From IMG/VR virus record IMGVR_UViG_3300032323_001444, positions 1 to 53,330 of that record: a DNA stretch of 53,330 bases, one strand, 5' to 3'. Position 1 is the first letter of the stretch, and the number at the start of each line of letters is the position of its first letter. The DNA is from a virus (taxonomy: Duplodnaviria; Caudoviricetes). The notes under the pieces were generated by a model. The model did no database searches, was not told the DNA's origin, and saw only the letters and a program-made list of their open reading frames with translations. Shown piece after piece: positions 25,697 through 36,249 of this stretch. A program made the position numbers and the translations under genes.

Positions 25697-26820
25697 GTAA
25701 ATATATTGGCGATTTTAGTAAGAATGACACAATCACTTTTATGTTTACGACATTTAGGCCATCAACGGGTGCGCCTTTTCTCTTAGCTGGAACACCTGTT
25801 GTATCTGTATACAAAGACAATAACACAACTCAGGACACAGCTGGCGTTACGCTTACAACAAACTATGATGGCGTTACAGGTTTAAATTTTGTTTCTATTA
25901 GTACTAGTACTGCGTTTTACGTTGATGGTTCGTCATATGAGTGTGTTATTACAACTGGTACAGTTGACTCGGTAAGTGTTGTAGGCTCATGTGTTGGGCG
26001 TTTTACAATGCGTGATCAAGCGTATTTATATCCAACCACAGCTGGTCGAACACTTGATGCAAATGCGTCCGGACAAGTTATTGTTGTAACCAATAATGAC
26101 AAGACTGGCTACTCTCTCACTACGGCTCCGCTGGATGCTGCCGGAACTGCAGCTGCTGTATGGAATGCATTGCTTGCTTCTTACACAACGACTAACTCGT
26201 TTGGTGCTAGAGTAGTGCGTACAATTGCATCGCCAGTCACCAATGAAGTTTCTATCAATGCAAGTAATCATCTTGCAGCAAACGTTCATCAGATGCAAAA
26301 CAATACAATTACAGCAGCTGCTATTGCCACTGGTGCTATTGATGCTGACGCGCTTGCTACTGACGCAGTAAATGAGATTGCGGATGGAATACTTCTTCGC
26401 AGCTTAGCGACAGCTGGTTCCTCTGGAAATATTGCAATTACATCTATTGTGTCAAGCGTGTTTCAAGCAATTAATACACTGGCCGTTAATGATCAAGTTG
26501 TATTTATAGGAACTGCACCAACAAACTATGTCGTTGGAACCGCTTATTACGTGATGGCAACTGGTTTGACATCGACGACTTTTCAGTTATCTTCGTTACC
26601 TGGCGGTGTAAGTAACGCAACTCCATCAACTGGTGCATTTACTGCACAAAAGTTACAAGACAGAAATGTGTTATCCGCCATGAGGGCAATTCGAAATAGG
26701 TCAGTCATTTCAGGAGGGGTATTGACTGTCTATCAAGAAGACGACACGGCAACCGCTTGGACTGCCACTGTCGGTTCTGATCCGTCGGCTAACCCTATAA
26801 TAAGTATTGACCCCGCTTAG
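25693..26820 (+). CDS. Tail appendage protein, module B gene 3; paralog of 23362-24354
   Basis: NASNHLAANVHQMQNN; SAMRAIRN...EDDTATAW. Confidence 0.7.
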   Translation: MSKYIGDFSKNDTITFMFTTFRPSTGAPFLLAGTPVVSVYKDNNTTQDTAGVTLTTNYDGVTGLNFVSISTSTAFYVDGSSYECVITTGTVDSVSVVGSCVGRFTMRDQAYLYPTTAGRTLDANASGQVIVVTNNDKTGYSLTTAPLDAAGTAAAVWNALLASYTTTNSFGARVVRTIASPVTNEVSINASNHLAANVHQMQNNTITAAAIATGAIDADALATDAVNEIADGILLRSLATAGSSGNIAITSIVSSVFQAINTLAVNDQVVFIGTAPTNYVVGTAYYVMATGLTSTTFQLSSLPGGVSNATPSTGAFTAQKLQDRNVLSAMRAIRNRSVISGGVLTVYQEDDTATAWTATVGSDPSANPIISIDPA

Positions 26821-26828
26821 GAGGAATC

Positions 26829-27257
26829 ATGGCAGCATTCTCGAACTACTTGGAAGACGCAATTATTGCTTGGGCATTTACTGGAACTGCATTTCCAACT
26901 CCTGCACTCACTAGTGTATGGGTATCGTTACATACAGGCGATCCTGCTGATGTTGGATCAAACGAAGTTACTGGTGGTAACTACGCTAGAATTCAGGTTG
27001 CTAACGCCGGTTGGACAAAAACACTTGCTAGTGTTGGCGGTATTGCAAGCGCAACTAATACCGCTGAAATTGTTTTTCCTGCAACAGGCACAGTAACTTG
27101 GAGTGCTAGTGTTCCAGGTGTTACACACGTAGGTATATGGTCAGCATCTACTGCTGGTAACTTCCTGTATGGTGGTGCGTTGACTACTGCTAGAGTTGTT
27201 GCAGTTGGAGACGTTTTTAAATTTCTGGCAACCAACCTAACTATTAGTGTGACCTAA
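26829..27257 (+). CDS. Tail-fibre-associated structural protein
   Basis: FSNYLE...VSLHTGDP...EVTGGNYAR...THVGIW...GNFLYGG pattern common in phage tail regions; AGGAGG RBS. Confidence 0.75.
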   Translation: MAAFSNYLEDAIIAWAFTGTAFPTPALTSVWVSLHTGDPADVGSNEVTGGNYARIQVANAGWTKTLASVGGIASATNTAEIVFPATGTVTWSASVPGVTHVGIWSASTAGNFLYGGALTTARVVAVGDVFKFLATNLTISVT

Positions 27258-28894
27258 TGGCTGACGGTTATATATCCTGGTGGGGCAAATGGGCCTTTGG
27301 TAAAGGTAGTACCGCCGGGGCCATATCAGCCAGTGCATCACTTGTTGCACTGGCTACTATTACGTCAGTTGGTTTAGTCGAAAAGCGAGCAACATCTAGC
27401 ATATCTGGTGTTGCGACCGTTACTTCAACTGGTCAAGCAAATAAGTTAGGCGCATCATCACTTACTGGTGTCGCAACCGTTACATCATCTGCGGTAGTTG
27501 AAAAACGCGGTAATAGTTCACTCACTGGTGTTGCCACCATCACTAGTGTTGGCGTTGTTGAAAAACGAGCCACATCATCGATATCTGGCGTTGCAACAAT
27601 TACAGCCAATGGCACCATTGCTGGAATCGTAAATGGCACAGCAAATATCAGTGGCATTGCAACCGTTACTAGTGCGGGTGTTGTTCAGAAACTTGGCAGT
27701 AGTTCACTTGTAGGCATTGCGTCTATTACATCGGTAGGTGTTGTTCAAAAACTTGGTAGTAGTTCACTTACTGGTACAGCAACCGTCACATCATCTGGCC
27801 AAGTAAACAAGTTAGGCGCATCAGCTCTTACTGGCGTTGCTTCAATAACATCCGTCGGCCTAGTTGAAAAACGAGCCACGTCATCAATGTCGGGCATTTC
27901 TACAGTCGTAGCAGATGCAATAATCTCCGGCATCGTAACGGCTACGTCTAATATCAATGGTGTTGCGTCCATAACGTCCGTTGGTACTGTTGAAAAACGA
28001 GCGACGTCTAGTATCAGCGGCATTGCATCTGTTACAGCAAACGGAACCATTGCTGGAATAGTAACTGGTACAGCAGGTGTCACTGGTGTTGCTTCTATAT
28101 CGGCCGTTGGCACACCTGAAAAACGAGCTACATCGAGTCTTACAGGTATAGCATCTGTTACTGGTACGTTTACAAAAGAAGTACAAGTAACGTCATCTAT
28201 TACTGGTGTTGCATCAATAGTAGCCGTAGGTATATGTGAGAAGCGAGCAAGCTCTAACATAACCGGCGTTGCAGTAATCACTAGCACTGGACAATGCGTT
28301 CTATCAAGTGCCTCAAGTATTACTGGTGTAGCCACGATTAATGCTACTGGTACATCTGGATCAGTAGAATTATGTACATGTCCACCATGGCAGATTATCG
28401 ATGAGACTGCATGTGGTTGGATACAGAATGGATACGGAGTAAGCCAACAACCTTACCCATTCCCATTCACTATCCCTGTATACAGAATCTATGACCTGTC
28501 TTTACCGTTCAATGCTGGAAGCTGTAATTGGACCGTCAATACATGTGTTGTACCAACATACAATGTCGAGCAAACTCTAGTTAATGCGTTCGCTGAATCT
28601 GGCACACTGACATCTGCATTCAAACAACCACAGACATTGGCTTACCTGTTTACAAGTGGTGGGACCCTCATCGATAACTGGCTTCCAGATGGCAATTTAA
28701 CTGGAAGTCTTTATGTATTACCTTACACGCTACCAATATTCAGGTTACATATCCTTGGCTACAATCAACCAGTAAACGTTTATACGGTAGCTAATAACGT
28801 TTCATGCAATTACACCAATAATAATGTCCCATTGTCTGTGTACAAACAGGAACCACCTAGTGCAATACAATGGAGTCGAGGACCCTGTGACTAA
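27257..28894 (+). CDS. Fibre protein with ~20-aa tandem repeats
   Basis: About 17 units of the form VEKRATSSISGVATITSxGx, then a Cys/Pro/Tyr-rich C-terminal domain. Confidence 0.75.
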   Translation: MADGYISWWGKWAFGKGSTAGAISASASLVALATITSVGLVEKRATSSISGVATVTSTGQANKLGASSLTGVATVTSSAVVEKRGNSSLTGVATITSVGVVEKRATSSISGVATITANGTIAGIVNGTANISGIATVTSAGVVQKLGSSSLVGIASITSVGVVQKLGSSSLTGTATVTSSGQVNKLGASALTGVASITSVGLVEKRATSSMSGISTVVADAIISGIVTATSNINGVASITSVGTVEKRATSSISGIASVTANGTIAGIVTGTAGVTGVASISAVGTPEKRATSSLTGIASVTGTFTKEVQVTSSITGVASIVAVGICEKRASSNITGVAVITSTGQCVLSSASSITGVATINATGTSGSVELCTCPPWQIIDETACGWIQNGYGVSQQPYPFPFTIPVYRIYDLSLPFNAGSCNWTVNTCVVPTYNVEQTLVNAFAESGTLTSAFKQPQTLAYLFTSGGTLIDNWLPDGNLTGSLYVLPYTLPIFRLHILGYNQPVNVYTVANNVSCNYTNNNVPLSVYKQEPPSAIQWSRGPCD

Positions 28895-31800
28895 TGGCAG
28901 ATACAACACGTAACGCACAAGCTGTGCGTCAGACATATACGTTTGGCGATCGTCAGTTTATCGGTATCGACACAAACACCACTGCTAACAGATTGCAGGA
29001 TGGGTTGGTTCAAGTTGCAGATAACTTGTGGAATGACGGCGGCGCTTTAACGACCAGGCCTGGGATGCACGCGCAGTTAACTACTCCGGGTGATCCAATC
29101 CACAACATGTTGCAATACAGGCAATCAAACAATACGGCCTCCAAGATACTTGTTATCTCCGGAGACCCAGCTGTACCTAATACTGTAATATCCGAGTGGT
29201 CAGATGGTGCCTCCGCATTGACTCCGATTAGTTCAGTAACTGGGTACCCGCAAGACAGTCGTATTGTTCAACATGGTAAGTACATTTATGGTGTTCCAGG
29301 CGCAAGTGGTGGATCTGTCTGGAAGTACAACGGAACAACAGTGTCTCAGGTTTTTATGCCAAGGCCACCGATGATCAATGGTAAAGATCATATACAACCT
29401 GTAGCTAACCCTAAAACATTTGTCACTAAATCAATTGTAGGCGCTTCTGATATCGACAATGATGCAGCAGGTTCTACATTCGGCTTTGCTTTTAGTACAC
29501 TTGCTGCTTCATATGAAATGATTACAGCAACAGCCACAGCCGATGGTTATACGTTTGAAGCTGACACAGATGGCTCGGTGCCTAATGCAACTGTGTGGCA
29601 AAACAGTGGTGCTGGTCTTGCTACTGTCAAGCAGTACACGAATATAGACGCTGCTCTTAGTGGTGCGGAAAAGATATCTAACTATGCTACACAAACAGGC
29701 AACAAGGCTCTATTACTAGATTCCGGTGGAGACTGGATTCAAAAGACGATGACGGCGCCAACGTACACGTATGATGGCACGACATTTAGAACTGGGATGT
29801 ACAGCCTTAGATGTTTGATGTACAACAATGACTCACTAGACAGCAGACGTAATCATGGAGTGTTTGTTACTGTAACCGGATTAGATGTTTCCAGTAACCC
29901 TATTGTCGGTTGTGTATTTACACAGATAGTTCAACCAACCGTAGCACAATCTGTCACAGACTGGAAAGAGATAAGTCTGTTTGTAGACTTCCGTGCGTTT
30001 GCTGGGACTATGACCCAGGTCCGCATTAAACTACAGACTGCTAACGCCGCTCAGACTACGACAGGTGATAGCCGTGGTGTACTGGTAGATAACATAGCGC
30101 TACATCCGATCTTGTGCAATCTTGCACCCAACTCAGAGGTTGTTAATGCATCTGGTTTAGTTCAGATCAGAACGCGTCAACAGTCTGGCTCATTGTCTCC
30201 CTTACGTGCAGGTTACGTAAAGGGTGTCGCTGTCAGAATCAGCTCTCTAAACGTGACTGACCTAAGTAATCGCGACACGGTTAGTTTACGCGTAGAGTTC
30301 CCAGAGGCATACCGGGCAAACCCTCCGTATATGTCTTTGGGTATAAAGAACACTGGATCCGCTACTATTAACTGGACTGGGTACGGTATTTATGATCCCA
30401 AGTACGGGTATATGTCGTGGAACATATTCGGCATAAACCAGACAAGTCGTAACAATGTTGCGTCTGTTTACGTACGATTAGAGCAAGACTTTGAGACAAC
30501 GCATGACACAGTGTTAATGTCGATAGGTGAACTTACAACCGACGGTGGACTAACACCAGATGTAACCTACGAGTACGTATTTACTAGATGGAAGACAGAA
30601 GGTGGAGCTGAGCGGCCTCCGTATTACATAGAGAACGACGTATACACTCAAGGTGTTGAGGGTTTGCCTAGTTTGGCGAGTAAAAGTATTACAACTACAG
30701 CCGCAATGAGCATGGTTGAGTTGACATTAAATCCAGCGGATACATCTAACAGTAATCTGGATCTACGGTACGACACAACTGAAATCGCTGTAGCAACGCC
30801 GGCTGGTATTGACTTCACTAACACTGTTCCAGCCTTAGATCAATTGCGTGTTGTTTCGGGAGCAACTGGTTCAGTTGTTTATGTTGACACATCAGGAACG
30901 ACACGTACTGTCGCCGTTACTGCTAACGTTCCTACTTCTCTAACGTTTAAGATCCGATCGGTAACGACTGCTCCATTTCCTATATGGGTACAACATACAT
31001 GCGCATACTCTGGATACGAGTATGGTCATATTTGTATATATAGACGTGGACAAGGTGTATTTCCAGACGGCCGATTAAGGTTGATTGCCGTCATACCTAC
31101 AGATGCTGCAAGTGCAACGATAGGTAAAAACTGGAGAGCTGAGTACATATCTGTAACTGTTGGTTCTGCATTCAAACGCATCAAGTTTATCGACCGAGTT
31201 CCTGATGGTGACATACTTTACGAAGCTGGCCCATATGAACCTGGTTATCCATTTGAAAGCGGTAGGGACAATCTCCCAATTGGTTGTACTGCTATCACTG
31301 AGCATGCACGTAGATTGTTCCTTGCCAAGGACAATACTGTATACGCTACGTGGATGCTAAACGGTATCAACGAGGCTCCTGTATATACGACGTTAGTACC
31401 AGATCAATCCGACCCAAACATATTTACTAAGGGTACATCGTTTACTGTAAGTAGTAAGTATGACAATGAGAAGATAACAGCTCTGCTTAGCTATGCTGGC
31501 GATGGGATGATCGTTAGCAACACAACAAGTGCTGTATTGCTTGTTCTTAGGGAAAATTCTGTATTACCAGTACTGGGCTTTGACCCAACAAACTTTACTA
31601 TCCAGTCAATGCTTCGTGAACCATCTGTTGGATGCGTATCGCCGCGTGGGACAGTAAGTCTGTTTGGCCGCCTTATGTGGATGTCTCCTCAAGGTGTACT
31701 TGAATTCAATAATGGTGTTCCTGAAAACAAAAGTATTCAGCTGCGTAAACTCCTAAGCATGAATAGCAGTATGAATAGTGCTGATATTCAAGCGGCGCCT

Positions 31801-32676
31801 TTCAAGAACATATCGTTCTTTGCGCATGACATGCGGTTGTTTGTGTTTGCACCAACGACATACGACACATTGAATTCTGCGGCGTATGTTTATGATCTAA
31901 GAACTGGTGGATGGACTAGATGGTTTGCTCCTGAATTGACATCTACTACTACAGGTTTCTCAGCAGCAGCCGCTTTGACTGGCGGTAATGATACATCCAC
32001 TATGTACATAGGTACAGAGTACGGACAGATATACAAACTGGTCGGTACTGCTGACAGAATACTTTTGCCGACATCAAACCCAACTCCTATTAACTGGACT
32101 CTGACAACCAGGCAGTACGGTCAAACTTACAGCGAAGGAATTGCTTACTATAACCTCAACCGTGTGAGTCAAGTTAATGTCCACTATGAGTCAAAAGCGG
32201 AGCTGTTCAAGTATACACAGCCATCATCTGGTAATGATTTCTTCGCTACACAGGACTTACAGGCTGGTGACCTCATCCGGTTTACACGGACATCGGGAGT
32301 AGTAACGTTAGGCACTAACTACTATGTACTGGCCACAGGCCTTACAAGGAGTAAGTTCCGTATCTCGTTGACGGTAGGAGGTGCTGAGGTAGCTAATCCT
32401 GGCTTCTCAAACGATGGCGCCTTCGTTCAGCTTATTGATCACACTGTTGGTTATAACGTTCAGTCAGTGTCAGCTGATGGAGTGTTTAGTCCTGTTGCTA
32501 CACCAAGTACGTTTGTGTTTGCCGGTGGCCAGAATAAGACTGTTGCGCTACGTGATGTATATCGCGATGTATTTTCACAATGTGTGCAAATTAGTCTTTC
32601 CGGATCCGGGCGCACGCCCGGAGTTATATATGCCACCCATGTGCATTCTTCGGATGCAAGGATTCCAAGAGTATGA
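28894..32676 (+). CDS. Tail nozzle/stabilization protein (P22 gp10 / T7 gp12-like) with inserted domains
   Basis: FIGID...ADNL...GALTTRPG start; HARRLFLA, VGCVSPRG, YVYDLRTGGW propeller-type motifs. Confidence 0.7.
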   Translation: MADTTRNAQAVRQTYTFGDRQFIGIDTNTTANRLQDGLVQVADNLWNDGGALTTRPGMHAQLTTPGDPIHNMLQYRQSNNTASKILVISGDPAVPNTVISEWSDGASALTPISSVTGYPQDSRIVQHGKYIYGVPGASGGSVWKYNGTTVSQVFMPRPPMINGKDHIQPVANPKTFVTKSIVGASDIDNDAAGSTFGFAFSTLAASYEMITATATADGYTFEADTDGSVPNATVWQNSGAGLATVKQYTNIDAALSGAEKISNYATQTGNKALLLDSGGDWIQKTMTAPTYTYDGTTFRTGMYSLRCLMYNNDSLDSRRNHGVFVTVTGLDVSSNPIVGCVFTQIVQPTVAQSVTDWKEISLFVDFRAFAGTMTQVRIKLQTANAAQTTTGDSRGVLVDNIALHPILCNLAPNSEVVNASGLVQIRTRQQSGSLSPLRAGYVKGVAVRISSLNVTDLSNRDTVSLRVEFPEAYRANPPYMSLGIKNTGSATINWTGYGIYDPKYGYMSWNIFGINQTSRNNVASVYVRLEQDFETTHDTVLMSIGELTTDGGLTPDVTYEYVFTRWKTEGGAERPPYYIENDVYTQGVEGLPSLASKSITTTAAMSMVELTLNPADTSNSNLDLRYDTTEIAVATPAGIDFTNTVPALDQLRVVSGATGSVVYVDTSGTTRTVAVTANVPTSLTFKIRSVTTAPFPIWVQHTCAYSGYEYGHICIYRRGQGVFPDGRLRLIAVIPTDAASATIGKNWRAEYISVTVGSAFKRIKFIDRVPDGDILYEAGPYEPGYPFESGRDNLPIGCTAITEHARRLFLAKDNTVYATWMLNGINEAPVYTTLVPDQSDPNIFTKGTSFTVSSKYDNEKITALLSYAGDGMIVSNTTSAVLLVLRENSVLPVLGFDPTNFTIQSMLREPSVGCVSPRGTVSLFGRLMWMSPQGVLEFNNGVPENKSIQLRKLLSMNSSMNSADIQAAPFKNISFFAHDMRLFVFAPTTYDTLNSAAYVYDLRTGGWTRWFAPELTSTTTGFSAAAALTGGNDTSTMYIGTEYGQIYKLVGTADRILLPTSNPTPINWTLTTRQYGQTYSEGIAYYNLNRVSQVNVHYESKAELFKYTQPSSGNDFFATQDLQAGDLIRFTRTSGVVTLGTNYYVLATGLTRSKFRISLTVGGAEVANPGFSNDGAFVQLIDHTVGYNVQSVSADGVFSPVATPSTFVFAGGQNKTVALRDVYRDVFSQCVQISLSGSGRTPGVIYATHVHSSDARIPRV

Positions 32677-33062
32677 GTTCAGTACTAATAGGTGGTTCAT
32701 CTGGAGATACAGCCAGCACAACACTGACTGTTGGTGTGGCTCCAGAGAATTACAGTTTTACGTTATCTAGACAACTAAACGTAACAGCAACCAGGACTCT
32801 AGTTGATTACAACAGTCTAGTTGCAGTAGATGCTACAGCCGGCGCCGTCGTATTGACGTTACCTTCTGGTAGGGCTGCTGGCGGTAAACTGCTAGTTGTG
32901 GTGAAGACTGATACAACTGGTAACACTGTAACGTTTACTCCTATTTCAGGAGAAAGTGTATTTGCGCCCACAGGCTTTAGTAGTCTCTCAACGAGGTACG
33001 CAACAGTAATGTTTATTGGAGTAACTATAGGAGCAACCAGCGGCTGGTTGAAGGTGGCGTAA
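32673..33062 (+). CDS. Small beta-rich virion protein
   Basis: VDATAGAVVLTLP...GKLLVVVKTD...NTVT motif typical of tail proteins. Confidence 0.65.
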   Translation: MSSVLIGGSSGDTASTTLTVGVAPENYSFTLSRQLNVTATRTLVDYNSLVAVDATAGAVVLTLPSGRAAGGKLLVVVKTDTTGNTVTFTPISGESVFAPTGFSSLSTRYATVMFIGVTIGATSGWLKVA

Positions 33063-34420
33063 TGAGTTTAGACTTTTACAACGATTATTACAAATCCGGT
33101 TTGGAGGAAAGCTATGATGAAAATGGCTTACCTATGCAACCATATGTACAACCACAACAAGCAGTTGGACAACCACAACAAGCAGTGCGTGGGTCATCTA
33201 ATGGACTGATGGGGCAACTCGGTAACTTCGCTCGCCAATCTGCTCCTCAATACTTGATGAACCAAGCGTTTGGTAGGAATCTAGGCGGTGCAGGTCAACT
33301 AGGCCAATACGCTTTGCGTCAGGGTCTTGGTGGAGCTGGTATGAAGGCTCTCGGTATGGCCATACCGGGTGTAAATTCAGTTCAACTTGGCATGGCCGCT
33401 TTACCATTCCTTTCTAAGGGTTTGTCATCACTAGGTAAGAACCTATTCGGTGGCGGTAACCGTGGACCTAGCCAAGAGCAGTTAGCGATGGGTGAGTCTA
33501 AGGCCAACATCGGCAATATGCGTGGCGCATACGGTGCCGATATTGGTACTGGTCAATCTATGCTTGATCGGTACAACCCAATGATGGATGAAACCATCGG
33601 TCGGTTGCGTGATCTTTCCAATCGTGGACTTAGTTCCAGTTACGGCACAACACAGATGGCCGGCGCTGCGGCTGGTACGGAGGCTGCGCGACGTGCAGCT
33701 GAATCACGTATGCGTGCTACAGGCGGAATGCTTGGTGGCGGCCAGGCTTTATCTGGATTCGGAGGCATCAACCAAGCTGCTATCTCTGGAGCCGCTCAAG
33801 GTGCATATGATGTTGCAGGTCGTAACATGGCGATGCAACCTCAGTTAATAGGCCAATTACAAGGTGCTGTTGGTAACCAGATCAATCGTGGTGACCGCTA
33901 CGTGAATACTGGACGGCAAGGCATGTTTAATGTTGATCAGAATCTGTACAACATGAACTCAGCTGAACAGCGACAGAATCAAGCTATCAGTCAAGCTAAC
34001 CGCGATCGCGAGGCTATGGCGCTCGGTGGTGTTGCAAACTTGGCTGGTACAGCGATGGGTATGGAACAGAGTCGTCGTGACATGAATCGGTTTATGGACA
34101 TGTACGGTAATCAAGATGATGATCTAACCGCAGCGTTTGATCCATCAGGTGGTATGCCAATCCAACAACCTCCAATTTTTGGTCGCGGTGGAAACACTGT
34201 TAATCCAGGAGTAACCGAAGGAATGATTCAAGGTGGAAGTGGATTCAGGCCTGAAATATCTGGAGCGCTTCCATATCCATACGATCAAATACAAGTACCA
34301 TCTATGCCACGTAAACCTATGTTTACAAATCCTAGTAGGCTTGGCGGAGTATCGTCTAGGCCGTTTATTCCATTAGATGCTAATCGTGGTATCGGTTCAG
34401 TTGGGCAGATAAGGTTGTAA
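33062..34420 (+). CDS. Putative ejection (internal virion) protein
   Basis: Gly/Gln/Met/Ala-rich; position after the nozzle gene. Confidence 0.6.
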   Translation: MSLDFYNDYYKSGLEESYDENGLPMQPYVQPQQAVGQPQQAVRGSSNGLMGQLGNFARQSAPQYLMNQAFGRNLGGAGQLGQYALRQGLGGAGMKALGMAIPGVNSVQLGMAALPFLSKGLSSLGKNLFGGGNRGPSQEQLAMGESKANIGNMRGAYGADIGTGQSMLDRYNPMMDETIGRLRDLSNRGLSSSYGTTQMAGAAAGTEAARRAAESRMRATGGMLGGGQALSGFGGINQAAISGAAQGAYDVAGRNMAMQPQLIGQLQGAVGNQINRGDRYVNTGRQGMFNVDQNLYNMNSAEQRQNQAISQANRDREAMALGGVANLAGTAMGMEQSRRDMNRFMDMYGNQDDDLTAAFDPSGGMPIQQPPIFGRGGNTVNPGVTEGMIQGGSGFRPEISGALPYPYDQIQVPSMPRKPMFTNPSRLGGVSSRPFIPLDANRGIGSVGQIRL

Positions 34421-34424
34421 CGAC

Positions 34425-36242
34425 ATGGCAACATCAACAGGATTAGCGAGTGTTTTCAAGGGCATCGGTAGTGGTTACCTTAACGCTGTAAACCAAGGTC
34501 GCCGCGAACGCATGTCCACGATGACTAACATGCAACGCATAAAGTCTGATCGATCACGCAATGCTATTGAGGCTTTAAAGCTTCAGGCTATGCAGGATGA
34601 GAATAGACTTAAGCGCTTAGATGCTGCGTCTGACCGTGACTTCAAATACGCCGGCTTAAATCAGAATGCACTAAACGCTGCGCTTGGTGAGATCAATAGG
34701 TCCAAGAAAGAATGGGAAGGTCTAGACGAGGATAGTATCAGTACTAACGTCGCTGCTCTGCGTAACTCCCTGTTCCAAGCGTTGGGTTACAATGAGGAAG
34801 CACGACCATACGGTTTGAAGATGGAACAGATTGCAGGCATGGTACCGATGCCTGGCGAACAGATCCCGGGGCAGTTTACTACAGGTAACGTGCCTGGAGC
34901 AGTCATAGATCAGGGTCAGGGCCGTGGCGCAATCGAAGGGCTTATGCCTCTCGATAAAGCCGCTAAGGAATTCCCTGGCGTTATGGGTTTGCAGTCTGGT
35001 AATGAGTTCAACCCACAGACCGGACGATTCGAAACGTTTGAACGCAAGACCTTGAATCCTGCGCAACAAGGCATGGTCGGCATGTACGGTCCACCAAACA
35101 TTGATGCTCTACCACAGGATCAACGGGACCTCGGTACTGCTGCATTCAACATGCGCGGTGTACCTGACTCACGCTTCCGTAAACCCGGCGCTCAAATCCC
35201 AAAGGATGTTGTAGCATTCGGTGAGCGTGAAGCAAAGCAGGGACAGATACCTCTCACGGCTACGTACGGAATGCGTGAGCAAACGCGCGCAAAGATTGAT
35301 CAACAGAAAGCTTCTGCTGCCCTAACAAAGCAGCGCGCTACTGACCTACAGACAACTCTTACTCCAAGGCTAAAGATACTAGAGCAGAAGGGTCTTGGGC
35401 TTGCGTTAGACAATAAGTACAGACCTTTCAATGAGGCTTTGAAGCAAGCAACATTAGCAGTTCGCCAATTCTCTGCACAGGTTGCAGCAAATGCTGAATC
35501 TGGCCGTATGTCACGATTCACTGTTGGCCAGAATTTCAAGGAGCGCCAATTTACCGAACAACAAAACATGAATCAAATTGGAGTTGTCCAGAAGGGTATG
35601 GATACTCTAGGTAATCTTAAGTTGACACTTAGTACGAATGCACAGGCTTATGCTACAGCACTGAAAAGCGGTGATAAGGCAGGAGCTGCAAAAATCCTAG
35701 AGGCTGGTAATGAAGTTCGTGGACTTTACGGTCAAGTAGATAAATGGCTTAAAGAAACTAGTGGGAATCCACAAACAGCAATGGTAAACGTAGCCAATGC
35801 AATGGCGTCAGCCGAAAAAGCAAAAGAACGTCTGTCATGGGATCCAACAAATCAACAAGCACAGGCAGCATTGGCTGCGGCGAATAGCGTAATTAATACC
35901 CCGTACAACAGTATGAACTTTGGTTCGCCAGCTCCATTGCCTATGGCACAGTTCATTGGTACACAGCCAGGTCTTAGCCCAGAAGCATTGCCGTATGTCC
36001 AACAGATTATCAACAGTGGCAACTTCGGTAATGGCCGTCAACCAGACTCTGCTGGTGCATTTGGTGGCGGTGGTGGGTATATGCCAGGATTTGATAGGCC
36101 TGTTGGACCTAATATTAACCCACAACGGATAAACACAGGCGGTGGAGGTAAACCAAAACCAGTAAAGCCTACAGGTGGGCCTGGGCCAAAACCTAATAAA
36201 CCAGGACCTAAGCCAGGTACACCAAAGTTTTTAGATCTGTAA
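34425..36242 (+). CDS. Putative ejection (internal virion) protein
   Basis: Helical, Gln/Ala-rich, Pro/Lys-rich tail; precedes the giant gene. Confidence 0.6.
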   Translation: MATSTGLASVFKGIGSGYLNAVNQGRRERMSTMTNMQRIKSDRSRNAIEALKLQAMQDENRLKRLDAASDRDFKYAGLNQNALNAALGEINRSKKEWEGLDEDSISTNVAALRNSLFQALGYNEEARPYGLKMEQIAGMVPMPGEQIPGQFTTGNVPGAVIDQGQGRGAIEGLMPLDKAAKEFPGVMGLQSGNEFNPQTGRFETFERKTLNPAQQGMVGMYGPPNIDALPQDQRDLGTAAFNMRGVPDSRFRKPGAQIPKDVVAFGEREAKQGQIPLTATYGMREQTRAKIDQQKASAALTKQRATDLQTTLTPRLKILEQKGLGLALDNKYRPFNEALKQATLAVRQFSAQVAANAESGRMSRFTVGQNFKERQFTEQQNMNQIGVVQKGMDTLGNLKLTLSTNAQAYATALKSGDKAGAAKILEAGNEVRGLYGQVDKWLKETSGNPQTAMVNVANAMASAEKAKERLSWDPTNQQAQAALAAANSVINTPYNSMNFGSPAPLPMAQFIGTQPGLSPEALPYVQQIINSGNFGNGRQPDSAGAFGGGGGYMPGFDRPVGPNINPQRINTGGGGKPKPVKPTGGPGPKPNKPGPKPGTPKFLDL

Positions 36243-36249
36243 TGCAAGT

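Noticed and set aside
27433-28335. Antisense ORFs 27433-27657 and 27745-28335
   Set aside because: Shadows of the repetitive plus-strand fibre gene
22011-28894. Diversity-generating retroelement acting on tail genes
   Set aside because: No reverse transcriptase and no near-identical TR/VR pair with adenine-specific differences seen; similarity is at protein level
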